The notes under the pieces are model-generated. The model was not told where the DNA came from. It ran no database searches and worked only from the letters and a program-made list of their open reading frames with translations. The position numbers were made by a program, and so were the translations under genes. A DNA stretch of 39,062 nt from a virus (taxonomy: Duplodnaviria > Heunggongvirae > Uroviricota > Caudoviricetes): the IMG/VR virus record IMGVR_UViG_2698536355_000010; one strand, 5' to 3'. This document shows, piece after piece, positions 10,739 through 19,184 of the stretch (positions are counted from its first letter, which is position 1; every line of letters starts with the position of its first letter).

Positions 10739-11248
10739 ATGATGCCAGTTAGCCGTAATCTCTGCATTTTCTTAAACGTTGGTTTGGGAGAAACGATAAA
10801 TAAAGCCTCCGGAGCTATGCAGAAATCGGCCAATGGATCTGATATTTCTGATGTATCAGCCTTCCGAAATGCGCTCCAGTTAGGGACCGCCGCAACACGA
10901 GATGTTGGAGCAGATAATGCCTCGAAGTTACTGGATTTAGACAGCTTCAGGTCAATGATGTCAGGGAATGGCTACATCTACATTCCATGCATTGCGACGA
11001 CAGGAAACCCGGTGAAACTTATGTTGCAGTGGGGAACGGTGGCAACACAAAAGGGAGCTGATGCTGGATATGCCTTACCATTTGCTTTTCCCTATGCAGG
11101 CTTATTTGCGACCGGAAACCGTGGAACATCTGGCTACAATGCCGCGATGAATGTGCGTATTGCCAGCAGAACGCATATCAGTATTCAGAACTGGTCGCCA
11201 TCCGGAGAGGGCACCGAAGATTGTTGTTTTATCGCGCTGGGGTATTAA
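10739..11248 (+). CDS. alternative tail-fibre C-terminal segment (Sv'-like), expressed only after inversion
   Basis: ORF on opposite strand to H ending ...CCFIALGY (H ends ...HFEAIGY); shares A-x-x-RDVG block with H; likely lacks its own start and is read only when fused to the H constant region after inversion. Confidence 0.65.
   Translation: MMPVSRNLCIFLNVGLGETINKASGAMQKSANGSDISDVSAFRNALQLGTAATRDVGADNASKLLDLDSFRSMMSGNGYIYIPCIATTGNPVKLMLQWGTVATQKGADAGYALPFAFPYAGLFATGNRGTSGYNAAMNVRIASRTHISIQNWSPSGEGTEDCCFIALGY
10767..10792. repeat. candidate invertase crossover site (gix/hix-like), right
   Basis: ttttcttaaacg-tt-ggtttgggagaa fits TTnTCnAAAACC-nn-GGTTTTnGAnAA half-site pattern at 17 of 20 defined positions; 56 bp upstream of invertase start. 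Confidence 0.5.
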
Positions 11249-11250
11249 GA

Positions 11251-11661
11251 ATGAATAAATTTTATAAAGGCTCTTTCTATCCGAAAGCACTAAAAGGGGT
11301 ATATATCAGCGCCGGTTCATGGCCTGAAAATGGCGTTGATGTTGATGATGAAACAATGGCAATTTACACAGGCGTAGCGCCACAAGGCAAAACGCTGGGG
11401 GCTGATAAAAATGGTAATCCTGCGTGGATTGATATCCCGCCACTCTCCGCTGAACAACAGATTATTCAGGCTGAACAGAAAAGAACAGTATTGCGTTCTA
11501 TGGCTGATAAGGAAATAGTCTGGAGACAGGATGCTTTTGATGCGGAAATCGCGACGGCAGAAGAAACCGCCGCGTTATCTGAATGGAAAAAATACCGGGT
11601 CTTGCTGATGCGCGTTGATACAGCAAAACCCGTATGGCCTGTCAATCCGCAGGATATTTAA
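11251..11661 (+). CDS. tail fibre assembly protein (Tfa'/U'-like)
   Basis: Starts MNKFYKGSFYP; C-terminus EWKKYRVLLMRVDTAKPVWPVNP is the conserved Tfa C-terminal motif. Confidence 0.8.
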   Translation: MNKFYKGSFYPKALKGVYISAGSWPENGVDVDDETMAIYTGVAPQGKTLGADKNGNPAWIDIPPLSAEQQIIQAEQKRTVLRSMADKEIVWRQDAFDAEIATAEETAALSEWKKYRVLLMRVDTAKPVWPVNPQDI

Positions 11662-11875
11662 CGGGGGCGTTGTAGGTGGTGACATATTCAAGCAGTTCTG
11701 TTGGATATGTCACCGTTGCTGCATCTCGCTCTACGTTAAATGTATCCGCTCCCCAGATAACACACTCCCTCAAAAATGCCTCCACCTCTGGCGAGACTTC
11801 AACCGCATCATCAGGTCGCTCTTGTTCAGAAACATAAAAACCAACGGTCGTTGGGCTGAAATAGATATTCTCCAT
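11642..11875 (-). CDS. tail fibre assembly protein N-terminal fragment (apparently truncated)
   Basis: 77-aa ORF MENIYFSPTTVGFY... directly downstream of H with a Tfa-type N-terminus but no conserved C-terminal domain; overlaps convergent tfa' by 20 bp. Confidence 0.45.
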   Translation of the reverse strand: MENIYFSPTTVGFYVSEQERPDDAVEVSPEVEAFLRECVIWGADTFNVERDAATVTYPTELLEYVTTYNAPVKYPAD

Positions 11876-11877
11876 AT

Positions 11878-13362
11878 TTAGTATCCTATTGCTTCAAAAT
11901 GCAGTGTCGGTGTTTCGCCGAGATTGGGTGTCGTATACGCCACAGTGAATCGCGTTCTTGATACGTCAGCGCCAGAATCAGTATCGCGATGCGTTGACAG
12001 TGATTTTCCGGCCATTGTTGTCTGTTTCGAAAACTCTGAGCTCGCTAGTGTTGCCAGCGTTGCTATTTGTGCATTTGGGAATTGTCTGGGGAAATTAACC
12101 CTGTAGTAATGGGTGTAGTACGTCACCCCACCAAGCACCTGCGCGTTGAAGTTACCAACTGGTGTCAGTGTCACAGTGCCAGCCTGTCGAATCATACCAT
12201 TTGGGAGAATATCCCAGGCAGTTTGTCCGTTTCGCGACATACCAAATGCGGACATGTCCGGGAGTTGATTATTACCGGTTCCGACATCCCGTTTTGCCGC
12301 TTCTCCCAATTGAAGGTATGCGAGAAGACCAGCTACATCCTTTCCACTCAAATTAGTCAGCGTATTGTCCAGCGGTTGTTTACCTGCCAGCGCATTAAGC
12401 ATTGTCGTGGCAAAGTTCGGATCATTCCCCAGTGCCGCCGCCAGTTCGTTCAGTGTATCCAGTGCAGCAGGTGCAGAACCCACCATTGCCGCAATCGCCG
12501 ATTTCACAAAAGCCGTGGTGGCAATCTGTGTATTGTTGACCGACTGTGCCGCAGTAGGTGCTGTTGGCGTTCCGGTGAGTGCCGGACTCGACAACGGCGC
12601 TTTCAGTGCCAGCGCATTGTTAATGGTGGTACTGAAATTCGGATCATTGTTAATGGCTGCGGCTATTTCTTTTAGCGTGTCCAGCGTGGCTGGCGCACCA
12701 TTAATAAGGGCCGTCAGTGCCGCCTGAACAAACGCGGTGGTCGCAACCTGCGTGGTGTTATTCCCTGCCGCTGGCGTTGGCGCTTTGGGGGTTCCGGTAA
12801 ATGTCGGGCTGGCTTTTGGCGCATACTGTGAATGTGGGTCCTGTGCGGCAAGATGTTTTGCCATCAGGTCATCCACGTACACTTTCAGCTCCAGTACCTT
12901 GTCATCCACATACTTGCGGGTTGCCAGCACTACGGCAGGGTCGATTTTCAGGGTGATATTGTCCGTGCTGCTGGTAATCAGCACCATGCGCACGGTCTGG
13001 GTGCGCCCGCTGCCTTCAGCCAGTTGCGGCTTATAGCTTTCCGGGCAGTTGCCCACGGCAATCAATGCTCCGGACTCATCAAACAGGCCCACTTCACGTA
13101 TCCACCAACCGCCCTCGTTTTCAGGGATCACCTGTTCAGCAATAATCTGGCTGCTGTTCTGCGGGTCGATATAGAGCATATTCAGCGCAGCCCGGCGTTT
13201 CTCATTTACCAGTGCAGTCTGCTTTGCGTCCGGCGTTGGCAATGTCCCTCCGCCATCGCCGACCGCCATATGGGTAATTTTTAAAGGCACACCGAGCGCG
13301 GCGGCGCTGGCAAGTTTCGCCGCGCCAATATCCGTCAGCAGGGTATAAAATTTTGTGCTCAT
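11878..13362 (-). CDS. H: tail fibre protein H
   Basis: 494-aa ORF; N-terminal roughly 330 aa resemble P2 gpH (MAVGDGGG, AESYKP...AEGSGR, NELAAALGNDPNFATTM), C-terminal part divergent. Confidence 0.85.
   Translation of the reverse strand: MSTKFYTLLTDIGAAKLASAAALGVPLKITHMAVGDGGGTLPTPDAKQTALVNEKRRAALNMLYIDPQNSSQIIAEQVIPENEGGWWIREVGLFDESGALIAVGNCPESYKPQLAEGSGRTQTVRMVLITSSTDNITLKIDPAVVLATRKYVDDKVLELKVYVDDLMAKHLAAQDPHSQYAPKASPTFTGTPKAPTPAAGNNTTQVATTAFVQAALTALINGAPATLDTLKEIAAAINNDPNFSTTINNALALKAPLSSPALTGTPTAPTAAQSVNNTQIATTAFVKSAIAAMVGSAPAALDTLNELAAALGNDPNFATTMLNALAGKQPLDNTLTNLSGKDVAGLLAYLQLGEAAKRDVGTGNNQLPDMSAFGMSRNGQTAWDILPNGMIRQAGTVTLTPVGNFNAQVLGGVTYYTHYYRVNFPRQFPNAQIATLATLASSEFSKQTTMAGKSLSTHRDTDSGADVSRTRFTVAYTTPNLGETPTLHFEAIGY
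12311..12336. repeat. candidate invertase crossover site, left (inside H)
   Basis: Minus-strand ttctcgcatacc-tt-caattgggagaa matches the right site at 18 of 26 positions (9-bp block ttgggagaa identical), at the same position relative to the RDVG block. Confidence 0.35.
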
Positions 13363-13964
13363 GGATTCACTCTCATTGTGTCAATAACATGGACCACCCC
13401 GCCTTCATGCGCGGTGCCGCCAGAAATAATTGTTTCGTTGATATACGGATAGATCGTGATTTCTTCGCCAAGATAGCTGGCGGCACCCACCCAATGCGGA
13501 CCGCTGGTCTGCAGATTGATGGACATGCCGATCATGTGACGGCTACATGGTTTGGCATCGCTTATCAGTCGCTCAAGTTCCAGATAGGTATCTTCAGTGA
13601 TGCCCTGGTCCTGCACGCCGATATCCAGACGAAACGTGCCCGGTGTCTCTCCGGTCTGCCACCACTCAATAATGCGGATCAGAAAGCCGAACGGCTCCAC
13701 CACCCGACGCACGGCACTGGTGGTCCCTTTATGCTGATGAATATAAAAAGCATCCTTCACCACCTGGCGCTTGACGCTTTCTGTCCAGCCCTCGTCCCAG
13801 CGATCCACAGAGAACGCCCAGGCGAGATAAGGCAGGAAGCTGACCGGACAGGTAGCCGGATTCCACAAGTCACGCAGCGGCACCTGCAGATCAGAAATCC
13901 CGCTACAGGTCTGCGCCAGTCGGCGCTCCAGTGAAGTTGAACCCGGTGGCAGCAGACTATTCAT
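13359..13964 (-). CDS. I: baseplate assembly protein I
   Basis: 201-aa ORF between J and H, P2 gpI position. Confidence 0.8.
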   Translation of the reverse strand: MNSLLPPGSTSLERRLAQTCSGISDLQVPLRDLWNPATCPVSFLPYLAWAFSVDRWDEGWTESVKRQVVKDAFYIHQHKGTTSAVRRVVEPFGFLIRIIEWWQTGETPGTFRLDIGVQDQGITEDTYLELERLISDAKPCSRHMIGMSINLQTSGPHWVGAASYLGEEITIYPYINETIISGGTAHEGGVVHVIDTMRVNP

Positions 13965-14865
13965 CCGTTCCTCCGTTGGTTACGCTCCACTGCGTACATG
14001 ATGCGGCCTGTGTTTTGTTCAGGACCACATCAGCCAGCGGTGAAGCCAGTTCCACACGCTGAACACCCTCAACATGCAGCGCGGCACAAATAGCACTACG
14101 GCGAATATCCCGACCGAGCCGCGTCTGACTGGCGATGTACCTCTGCAGGCTGACTTTTGCCGCTGCCATTACCGGCTCTGCTTCCGGTCCCGGATAAAGA
14201 AAAATGGTGGCTTCCACACGGTACGGGATGATTTCTGCGCTGCGAACCGTCAGACGGTCAGCCACCGGGCGGACGTTCTCACTGTTCAGGGCTTTCTCCA
14301 CCACATCCAGCAAGTCTTTTTCTGCTGTTCCGTCGCCTTCGCGGCTAAGGACAGTCAGCACCACCTCTGCAGGTGCCGGACTGGTTGCACTGGCATCCGC
14401 CACCCGACCGTCGGCGCTTCGGGCATGAAATTCATAAGCGGCAGTTGGTCCCGCAACTGAAAGCCCCTCAAAGGCTGCAGGCACACGCAGGCGTAACGCT
14501 TCATCGCTTTCCATCACTGCTGCAACGGGCGGCACAGCGTCATCATCAGCAGGTGTCACCGTCAGACGTTTCACGTTGTAATTGGCGGCGAGCTGGTCAA
14601 GATCGCCGCCCATCGCGTAAGCCACCATTACCGCCTGCGCGGCTTCGTTAATGCGCTGGCGCAGAAGCAACTCACGGTAAGCGTTCTCCTGCAACAATTT
14701 GGTGACGGGTTCAGATTCCAGTTCCAGCGTACGCATCACAGCCTCCTGTTCATCTTTCGGATGAAGCGCCACAAATTCTGCCTTGCGTGCGGCAAGCAGC
14801 GTCTCAAAGTCCGGCACATCCACAATCTGCGGCGCAGGCAACTGCGAAAGGTCAATCACTGCCAT
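13957..14865 (-). CDS. J: baseplate assembly protein J
   Basis: Start set at internal ATG 14865 (MAVIDLSQLP) giving 302 aa as in P2 gpJ. Confidence 0.8.
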   Translation of the reverse strand: MAVIDLSQLPAPQIVDVPDFETLLAARKAEFVALHPKDEQEAVMRTLELESEPVTKLLQENAYRELLLRQRINEAAQAVMVAYAMGGDLDQLAANYNVKRLTVTPADDDAVPPVAAVMESDEALRLRVPAAFEGLSVAGPTAAYEFHARSADGRVADASATSPAPAEVVLTVLSREGDGTAEKDLLDVVEKALNSENVRPVADRLTVRSAEIIPYRVEATIFLYPGPEAEPVMAAAKVSLQRYIASQTRLGRDIRRSAICAALHVEGVQRVELASPLADVVLNKTQAASCTQWSVTNGGTDE

Positions 14866-15211
14866 TCTCTGCTCCTGTTGATACGGAAAGGGAAACAGGC
14901 ACACCGTTATTACGCCGCCCGGTCAGCTCCACCACCATTGAACCGTCAAAATTGCTGTTAATGGTGATGGAATCCAGCGTCAGCCGTGGCTCCCAGCGAC
15001 TCAGCGCCACATACACTGCCGACATGACCTGCAGGCGTAATGCCGGATTTTGTGGCTGGTCTATCAGTGCCGACAGCAGAGAACCATATTCCCGACGGGC
15101 AATACGGCTACCCTGCGGTGTCAGCAGAATGTCCCGCACCGACTGGCGCAGATGGTCAATATCAGTAATGACTTTACCGCTGGTATTGTTCATCCCGATA
15201 TAAAGCGTCAT
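14852..15211 (-). CDS. W: baseplate wedge protein W (gp25-like)
   Basis: 119-aa ORF MTLYIGMN...; P2 gpW-like. Confidence 0.8.
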   Translation of the reverse strand: MTLYIGMNNTSGKVITDIDHLRQSVRDILLTPQGSRIARREYGSLLSALIDQPQNPALRLQVMSAVYVALSRWEPRLTLDSITINSNFDGSMVVELTGRRNNGVPVSLSVSTGAENGSD

Positions 15212-15786
15212 ACCGGGCCTCCGGTTGTATCGCCGCCTTTCAGGACGCCAGTATGCTCATGGTCGTCAACCACGACTCCGTTGGAACTCATCGCGCCGCC
15301 GCCTTGGGTGACGCCACCATTGATCACCACCTCGCTGTTGATGCGCGTGGTGTCAGCCTCCACCACAAACTGACCGGTTTTGAGGGTGATATTGTCTGCC
15401 GCCTCGATCACCATGGATTTGATACCCCGGACGTACCATCGCCCGGTGGCGGGTTCGTACTCAAACCTGCCGCCGTCCGGGTACTCCGTCACGCAGCCGT
15501 CCACGGAATCCGACGGAGGCGCAAACTGACTGGAGTAGATGGCGGGCAGCACAAAAGCGGTTTCCAGATTGCCCCCCATGCTCAGCACCACCACCTGCTC
15601 ATCCGGCGACGGACACCACCATGTACGGGCACCACCGGCACGCAGCGTCAGCCAGTTAATCCAGTTGGTTTCGAGGTCGCCTGTTTTCACCCGGCAAAGC
15701 CAGTTTTCCCGATCCACTTCGGTCACGGTGCCGGTGCGGATCAGGTTGGTGATAAGGCGCATGATTTCGGTTAGTTGTGCGTTCAT
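15208..15786 (-). CDS. V: baseplate spike/assembly protein V
   Basis: P2 gpV-like; start placed at ATG 15786 (MNAQLTEIMRLITNLIRTG) by alignment to remembered P2 V N-terminus; ATG 15762 is an alternative. Confidence 0.8.
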   Translation of the reverse strand: MNAQLTEIMRLITNLIRTGTVTEVDRENWLCRVKTGDLETNWINWLTLRAGGARTWWCPSPDEQVVVLSMGGNLETAFVLPAIYSSQFAPPSDSVDGCVTEYPDGGRFEYEPATGRWYVRGIKSMVIEAADNITLKTGQFVVEADTTRINSEVVINGGVTQGGGAMSSNGVVVDDHEHTGVLKGGDTTGGPV

Positions 15787-15832
15787 ATGGAAATCATTGC
15801 CTATCGTAAACGACAGTGATATTAAAGAGGTT

Positions 15833-15850
15833 TGTGCAGTCACCCACACA
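15833..15850 (-). promoter_or_regulatory. candidate Ogr/B-dependent late promoter element (P_V)
   Basis: tgtgcagtcacccacaca, TGT-N12-ACA with the same extended pattern and orientation as the P_F and P_O dyads; centre only about 55 bp from V ATG. Confidence 0.4.
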
Positions 15851-15884
15851 AGATGATCATCAAATCTGTTTTGGAAGGATTCTT

Positions 15885-17405
15885 ATGAGTTGCTTAGATC
15901 AATTATCTTCAGAAAATAAAAAATCCCTATTATCATCAGTATTTTCAAAGAGCTATTTCCTCTGGATTGGCTCTGGATTTTCGTACAATTTCGGATATCC
16001 AAGTTGGGGGGCCGTACTTGAAGAAATAGCAAAGCGAATAGAGTACCCGTTAAAATTAGATTCATCACAGCCTCTGCGTGCTGCAGAATTACTTTTAAGT
16101 TATGCGATGAGTGAATCATCAATAAAAGAATATGATTTCAATTCGCTCGTTGCCAGGACGATTATAGATTTAAAAACAGAAACTAAAGAACCAAGATGGC
16201 TTAAAAGATTCAAACTCTTCGCTCCCAATACAATTGTAACAACTAACTGGGATGAGGTGCTTGAAGAAACATTTGAGCATATGGCAAATAAAATCATCAG
16301 AAAGGATCCATTCCCTAAAGTATCAACAAAAGGGAAAAATATCTTCAAAATTCATGGTGACGTCGGAAAACCTGATTCGATTGTTATAACACAAAGTCAA
16401 TACTTTTCTTTTCAGCGCGAAGACACTTATCTTAGCCGAAAAATTTACACATTGTTTTCAGAAATGTCCCCTATATTCATCGGTTACAGCTTAACCGACC
16501 CAAATATAGGTTTCCTTTATGAAGAAGCATTAGCACATCTGCATGGAAAAAACCCGCCAGCATTCATGGTAATTCACCCAGATGCAAACCCTTTAACTTT
16601 CGAGGAGACAAAGTATTTATTTAAATCAAAAAATATACACCTGATTAAAGCAACCATAGAAGACTTCCTTGCAGATTTATCTCAGGAATATAAATCCTTT
16701 AAAGAATCACCTCATCGTTTCAACCTTGAGCACGAACATGTTCTTCCCAAAATAAAAACTGTAATGGATACCGTTACGAAAGGAAAAAAAAATAAAAAAG
16801 CGGAACTAGAAGCCTTATGTCCTCAAAGAGCTGCAAGCTGGGCCGTGACAAAAGCCATAATTGACATTCTAAAGAAACCAATATTGTACATTCAATTCGG
16901 CGGAAAACTTCTTTCTCCAGACAATATTATCCCCTACAGAGAGTTCGATGCTTTAGTTAATGTAGTCATAACACTTAGCAACAATCACGGTTACCCTGAC
17001 GAGCTTATACGTCAAGATTTTCATGCTTCTGTTGTCAAAATGTGCATCGAAACAGAAGGGGTTTGGGACTTCAACTATGCTGAAGTACCTTTCTCTAACA
17101 TTTTAAGAATAAGCCCTAGCCCCGGCACTGAAAGTTTCGACAAAAAAATATCCCATATAATAGAAATTATGCGATGGTCGTCCCCATCTGAAATAGGGAA
17201 GTGCTGGGCAACATGGAATGTATTTAAAGAAAAACAAGATTGGATTAGCCACAGTGATATTGTTGGCATTCTTTCGAAACTTGAAACCGATGGTGACTTA
17301 GAATACCAACCCAGAGATAAAAAATGGCTAAACATCCTGAAAAAATGCCCTCACGCAACGGCTGCAGATATCAAGAGAATTGATACTCTGATAACCCCAG
17401 CTTAG
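15885..17405 (+). CDS. SIR2-like (DHS-like NAD-binding fold) protein with uncharacterised C-terminal domain
   Basis: Motifs FLWIGSGFS (GxGxS), IVTTNWDEVLEE (TTNYD-type), KIHGD, IFIGYSLTDPNI; ATG 15885 preceded by GGAAGGA; gene strongly AT-rich versus flanks. Confidence 0.8.
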   Translation: MSCLDQLSSENKKSLLSSVFSKSYFLWIGSGFSYNFGYPSWGAVLEEIAKRIEYPLKLDSSQPLRAAELLLSYAMSESSIKEYDFNSLVARTIIDLKTETKEPRWLKRFKLFAPNTIVTTNWDEVLEETFEHMANKIIRKDPFPKVSTKGKNIFKIHGDVGKPDSIVITQSQYFSFQREDTYLSRKIYTLFSEMSPIFIGYSLTDPNIGFLYEEALAHLHGKNPPAFMVIHPDANPLTFEETKYLFKSKNIHLIKATIEDFLADLSQEYKSFKESPHRFNLEHEHVLPKIKTVMDTVTKGKKNKKAELEALCPQRAASWAVTKAIIDILKKPILYIQFGGKLLSPDNIIPYREFDALVNVVITLSNNHGYPDELIRQDFHASVVKMCIETEGVWDFNYAEVPFSNILRISPSPGTESFDKKISHIIEIMRWSSPSEIGKCWATWNVFKEKQDWISHSDIVGILSKLETDGDLEYQPRDKKWLNILKKCPHATAADIKRIDTLITPA

Positions 17406-17408
17406 AAT

Positions 17409-17861
17409 TTAGTTATCTTTTGTCATCCACCTCAAGAGAGTGTTTAGAATTATCTGGTTACTCTCTTGGGTTTGTCCCAGCAATCTGCGAGCTGGGTATT
17501 TAATACTTTTGCTTCTTTTACCTATCCGCTCTCTCAATCCGTAGTGGTGAACACGGGCAATGCGCTGTACCTTGCCTTCAAACTGCACGCTGGCAGAGTC
17601 GGCGCTGGCGGAAGTTTTCAGGTATTTTGTGGTGCGCAGCTTTGCAAACATCTGACGTTTGATACGGCCTTTTTTACTGCGTGCTGTTACCCGTCGCGGT
17701 TCATAACTGCTGCCATCTGGATTGCGCTGCATTCTGATATTTTGCTGCTGTGTCCGGCGTAGTTCCTGCGCCAGCTGGCGCATCATGCGGCTTCTTGCGG
17801 CTGGCTCCAGATTCGCCAGCAAGGCACTCAGCCAGTCGTCCACTTTCTGCAGTTCAGCCAC
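17409..17861 (-). CDS. S: tail completion protein S
   Basis: 150-aa ORF in P2 gpS position; its stop lies 3 bp from the convergent SIR2-like stop. Confidence 0.8.
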   Translation of the reverse strand: MAELQKVDDWLSALLANLEPAARSRMMRQLAQELRRTQQQNIRMQRNPDGSSYEPRRVTARSKKGRIKRQMFAKLRTTKYLKTSASADSASVQFEGKVQRIARVHHYGLRERIGKRSKSIKYPARRLLGQTQESNQIILNTLLRWMTKDN

Positions 17862-18306
17862 GTTTCACCGTCCACATTTCTTCAGGTTCATCAGGTTCCG
17901 CTATAGCTTCAACGCTCGACACACTGCCGTCAGTGCTGACCAGCACACGCTCCGTCAGTTGCAGGTTGAGGCTGATATCACAGACATCGTTGCGCAGAAT
18001 ATCCACCTCAAAGGTGAATAGCTTTTCCCGTAACGCCGGGTTATTGATGGCATCGGGCTGGTTATCACGCAGCCACAGCAAAACCGGGGCCATCAGCAGA
18101 TTCTGGTCGCCGCTGAAATCCTCAATCACCACGTTCAGGGTGTAGCGGTACTCCCATGACATGGAGCTGGCCCCCGTGGCAACCAGCGAACCGTTATCCA
18201 CAAACAGATGCAGTTTGTCCGGGTTATTGCGGACATAAGGCACCGCTTTATTGAGGGCGTGGCGCAGGGATTGTGGTTTGTTCACTGTTTCGCTCCTGAC
18301 ACGCAA
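17854..18306 (-). CDS. R: tail completion protein R
   Basis: 150-aa ORF in P2 gpR position. Confidence 0.8.
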   Translation of the reverse strand: MRVRSETVNKPQSLRHALNKAVPYVRNNPDKLHLFVDNGSLVATGASSMSWEYRYTLNVVIEDFSGDQNLLMAPVLLWLRDNQPDAINNPALREKLFTFEVDILRNDVCDISLNLQLTERVLVSTDGSVSSVEAIAEPDEPEEMWTVKRG

Positions 18307-18538
18307 TAATCATGTCCACTTTGTCTGCACAGACCGCCCAGGCGGCCTCCGTTTCATCCAGCAACGCATTCAGATCACCGTTAGTGCGCGGTGCTGCCTG
18401 CTCCAGCCGACACGGCGTCACTCGCGGACAACCACTGACGGTAAGCTGCACCTCCGGTGAGTGCCGGACGTTCCCGCAGCCGGATAATGTCAGCAGGCAA
18501 AGGAGTATCAGCCCAGTGGCGTAAATCCTCGTTCTCAC
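18248..18538 (-). CDS. lysC: outer-membrane lipoprotein spanin (LysC/Rz1-like)
   Basis: Signal peptide plus lipobox LTLSGC; embedded out of frame in the 3' part of lysB. Confidence 0.7.
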   Translation of the reverse strand: MRTRIYATGLILLCLLTLSGCGNVRHSPEVQLTVSGCPRVTPCRLEQAAPRTNGDLNALLDETEAAWAVCADKVDMIIACQERNSEQTTIPAPRPQ

Positions 18539-18809
18539 GTTTCAGTTCCTCGATCCGGCGTTGTCGTTGTCTCAGCTGTGCGCTGGTCTGTTCTGCTTCG
18601 GCATAGAGCCGCGCCTGCTCCCGGTTATTGGTTTCAGTCAGAATGGACAGGCTGATCAGCTGGCTGTTACTCTTTGCCAGTGCCTGGCTTTTGCTCCGAA
18701 GCTCGTCTGCCTGCGTGCTGATGGTCTGGCTGGCATCAGCCAGCCGCCACGTCTGCCAGCCCAGCGCCGCCAGTAATAACGCCAGCACAACCAGCAGCAA
18801 CCGGTTCAT
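18381..18809 (-). CDS. lysB: inner-membrane spanin (LysB/Rz-like)
   Basis: N-terminal TM helix then coiled-coil periplasmic domain; contains the embedded lysC. Confidence 0.75.
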   Translation of the reverse strand: MNRLLLVVLALLLAALGWQTWRLADASQTISTQADELRSKSQALAKSNSQLISLSILTETNNREQARLYAEAEQTSAQLRQRQRRIEELKRENEDLRHWADTPLPADIIRLRERPALTGGAAYRQWLSASDAVSAGAGSTAH

Positions 18810-19183
18810 GCTGCTACCTGTTGCGCCATCTGATTACGGGTGATCCAGAAGGCAATAACGGTCAGCAGATAAAAGACCAGGGTAATAGCCCACCCCGTCC
18901 AGGCGAGACTGACGACAATCAGCAATCGCATCATCCAGCTGATAAATACGTTTTCTTTTCGGGTAATTTTCTTCAGCAAAGATGCCCTCAACTCCTGCCA
19001 GAGCGGGCCGTTCTTAATTAACGCAGCCAGTGCTACCGGAATTACTGCCCATGTCAGCAGACAGGCTACCCAGACACCAGATGCTGCCAGTACCGGAAAA
19101 ATCCCCTGCGGATACACCATTGCGGCGATTAACAGAGCTATCCATAACATCAGAAACAGCCCGCTGATTACTTTCTTTTTCAT
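18806..19183 (-). CDS. lysA: lysis regulatory membrane protein (LysA-like)
   Basis: Multi-TM small protein; start set at ATG 19183 (MKKKVISG...) just after the endolysin stop. Confidence 0.55.
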   Translation of the reverse strand: MKKKVISGLFLMLWIALLIAAMVYPQGIFPVLAASGVWVACLLTWAVIPVALAALIKNGPLWQELRASLLKKITRKENVFISWMMRLLIVVSLAWTGWAITLVFYLLTVIAFWITRNQMAQQVAA

Positions 19184-19184
19184 T

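Larger units (their letters stand above)
10767..12336. other. candidate invertible tail-fibre host-range segment (G/C-segment-like)
   Basis: Region bounded by inverted-repeat candidates 10767..10792 and 12311..12336, containing Sv, tfa fragment, tfa' and Sv' in head-to-head arrangement next to an invertase gene. Confidence 0.5.

Noticed and set aside
11826-11856. AAAAACC half-site resembling a hix/gix left arm inside the tfa fragment
   Set aside because: Only one arm matches; the partner arm is unrelated, so not called a crossover site.
12067-12675. 202-aa Cys/Arg-rich plus-strand ORF
   Set aside because: Antisense to tail-fibre gene H; low-complexity artefact.
15786-15849. N-terminal extension of V from a GTG at 15849
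   Set aside because: Extension overlaps the late-promoter dyad and has no counterpart in the remembered P2 V N-terminus.
15816-15884. N-terminal extension of the SIR2-like ORF from GTG 15816
   Set aside because: Would overlap the divergent V start and promoter; ATG 15885 has a proper GGAAGGA RBS.
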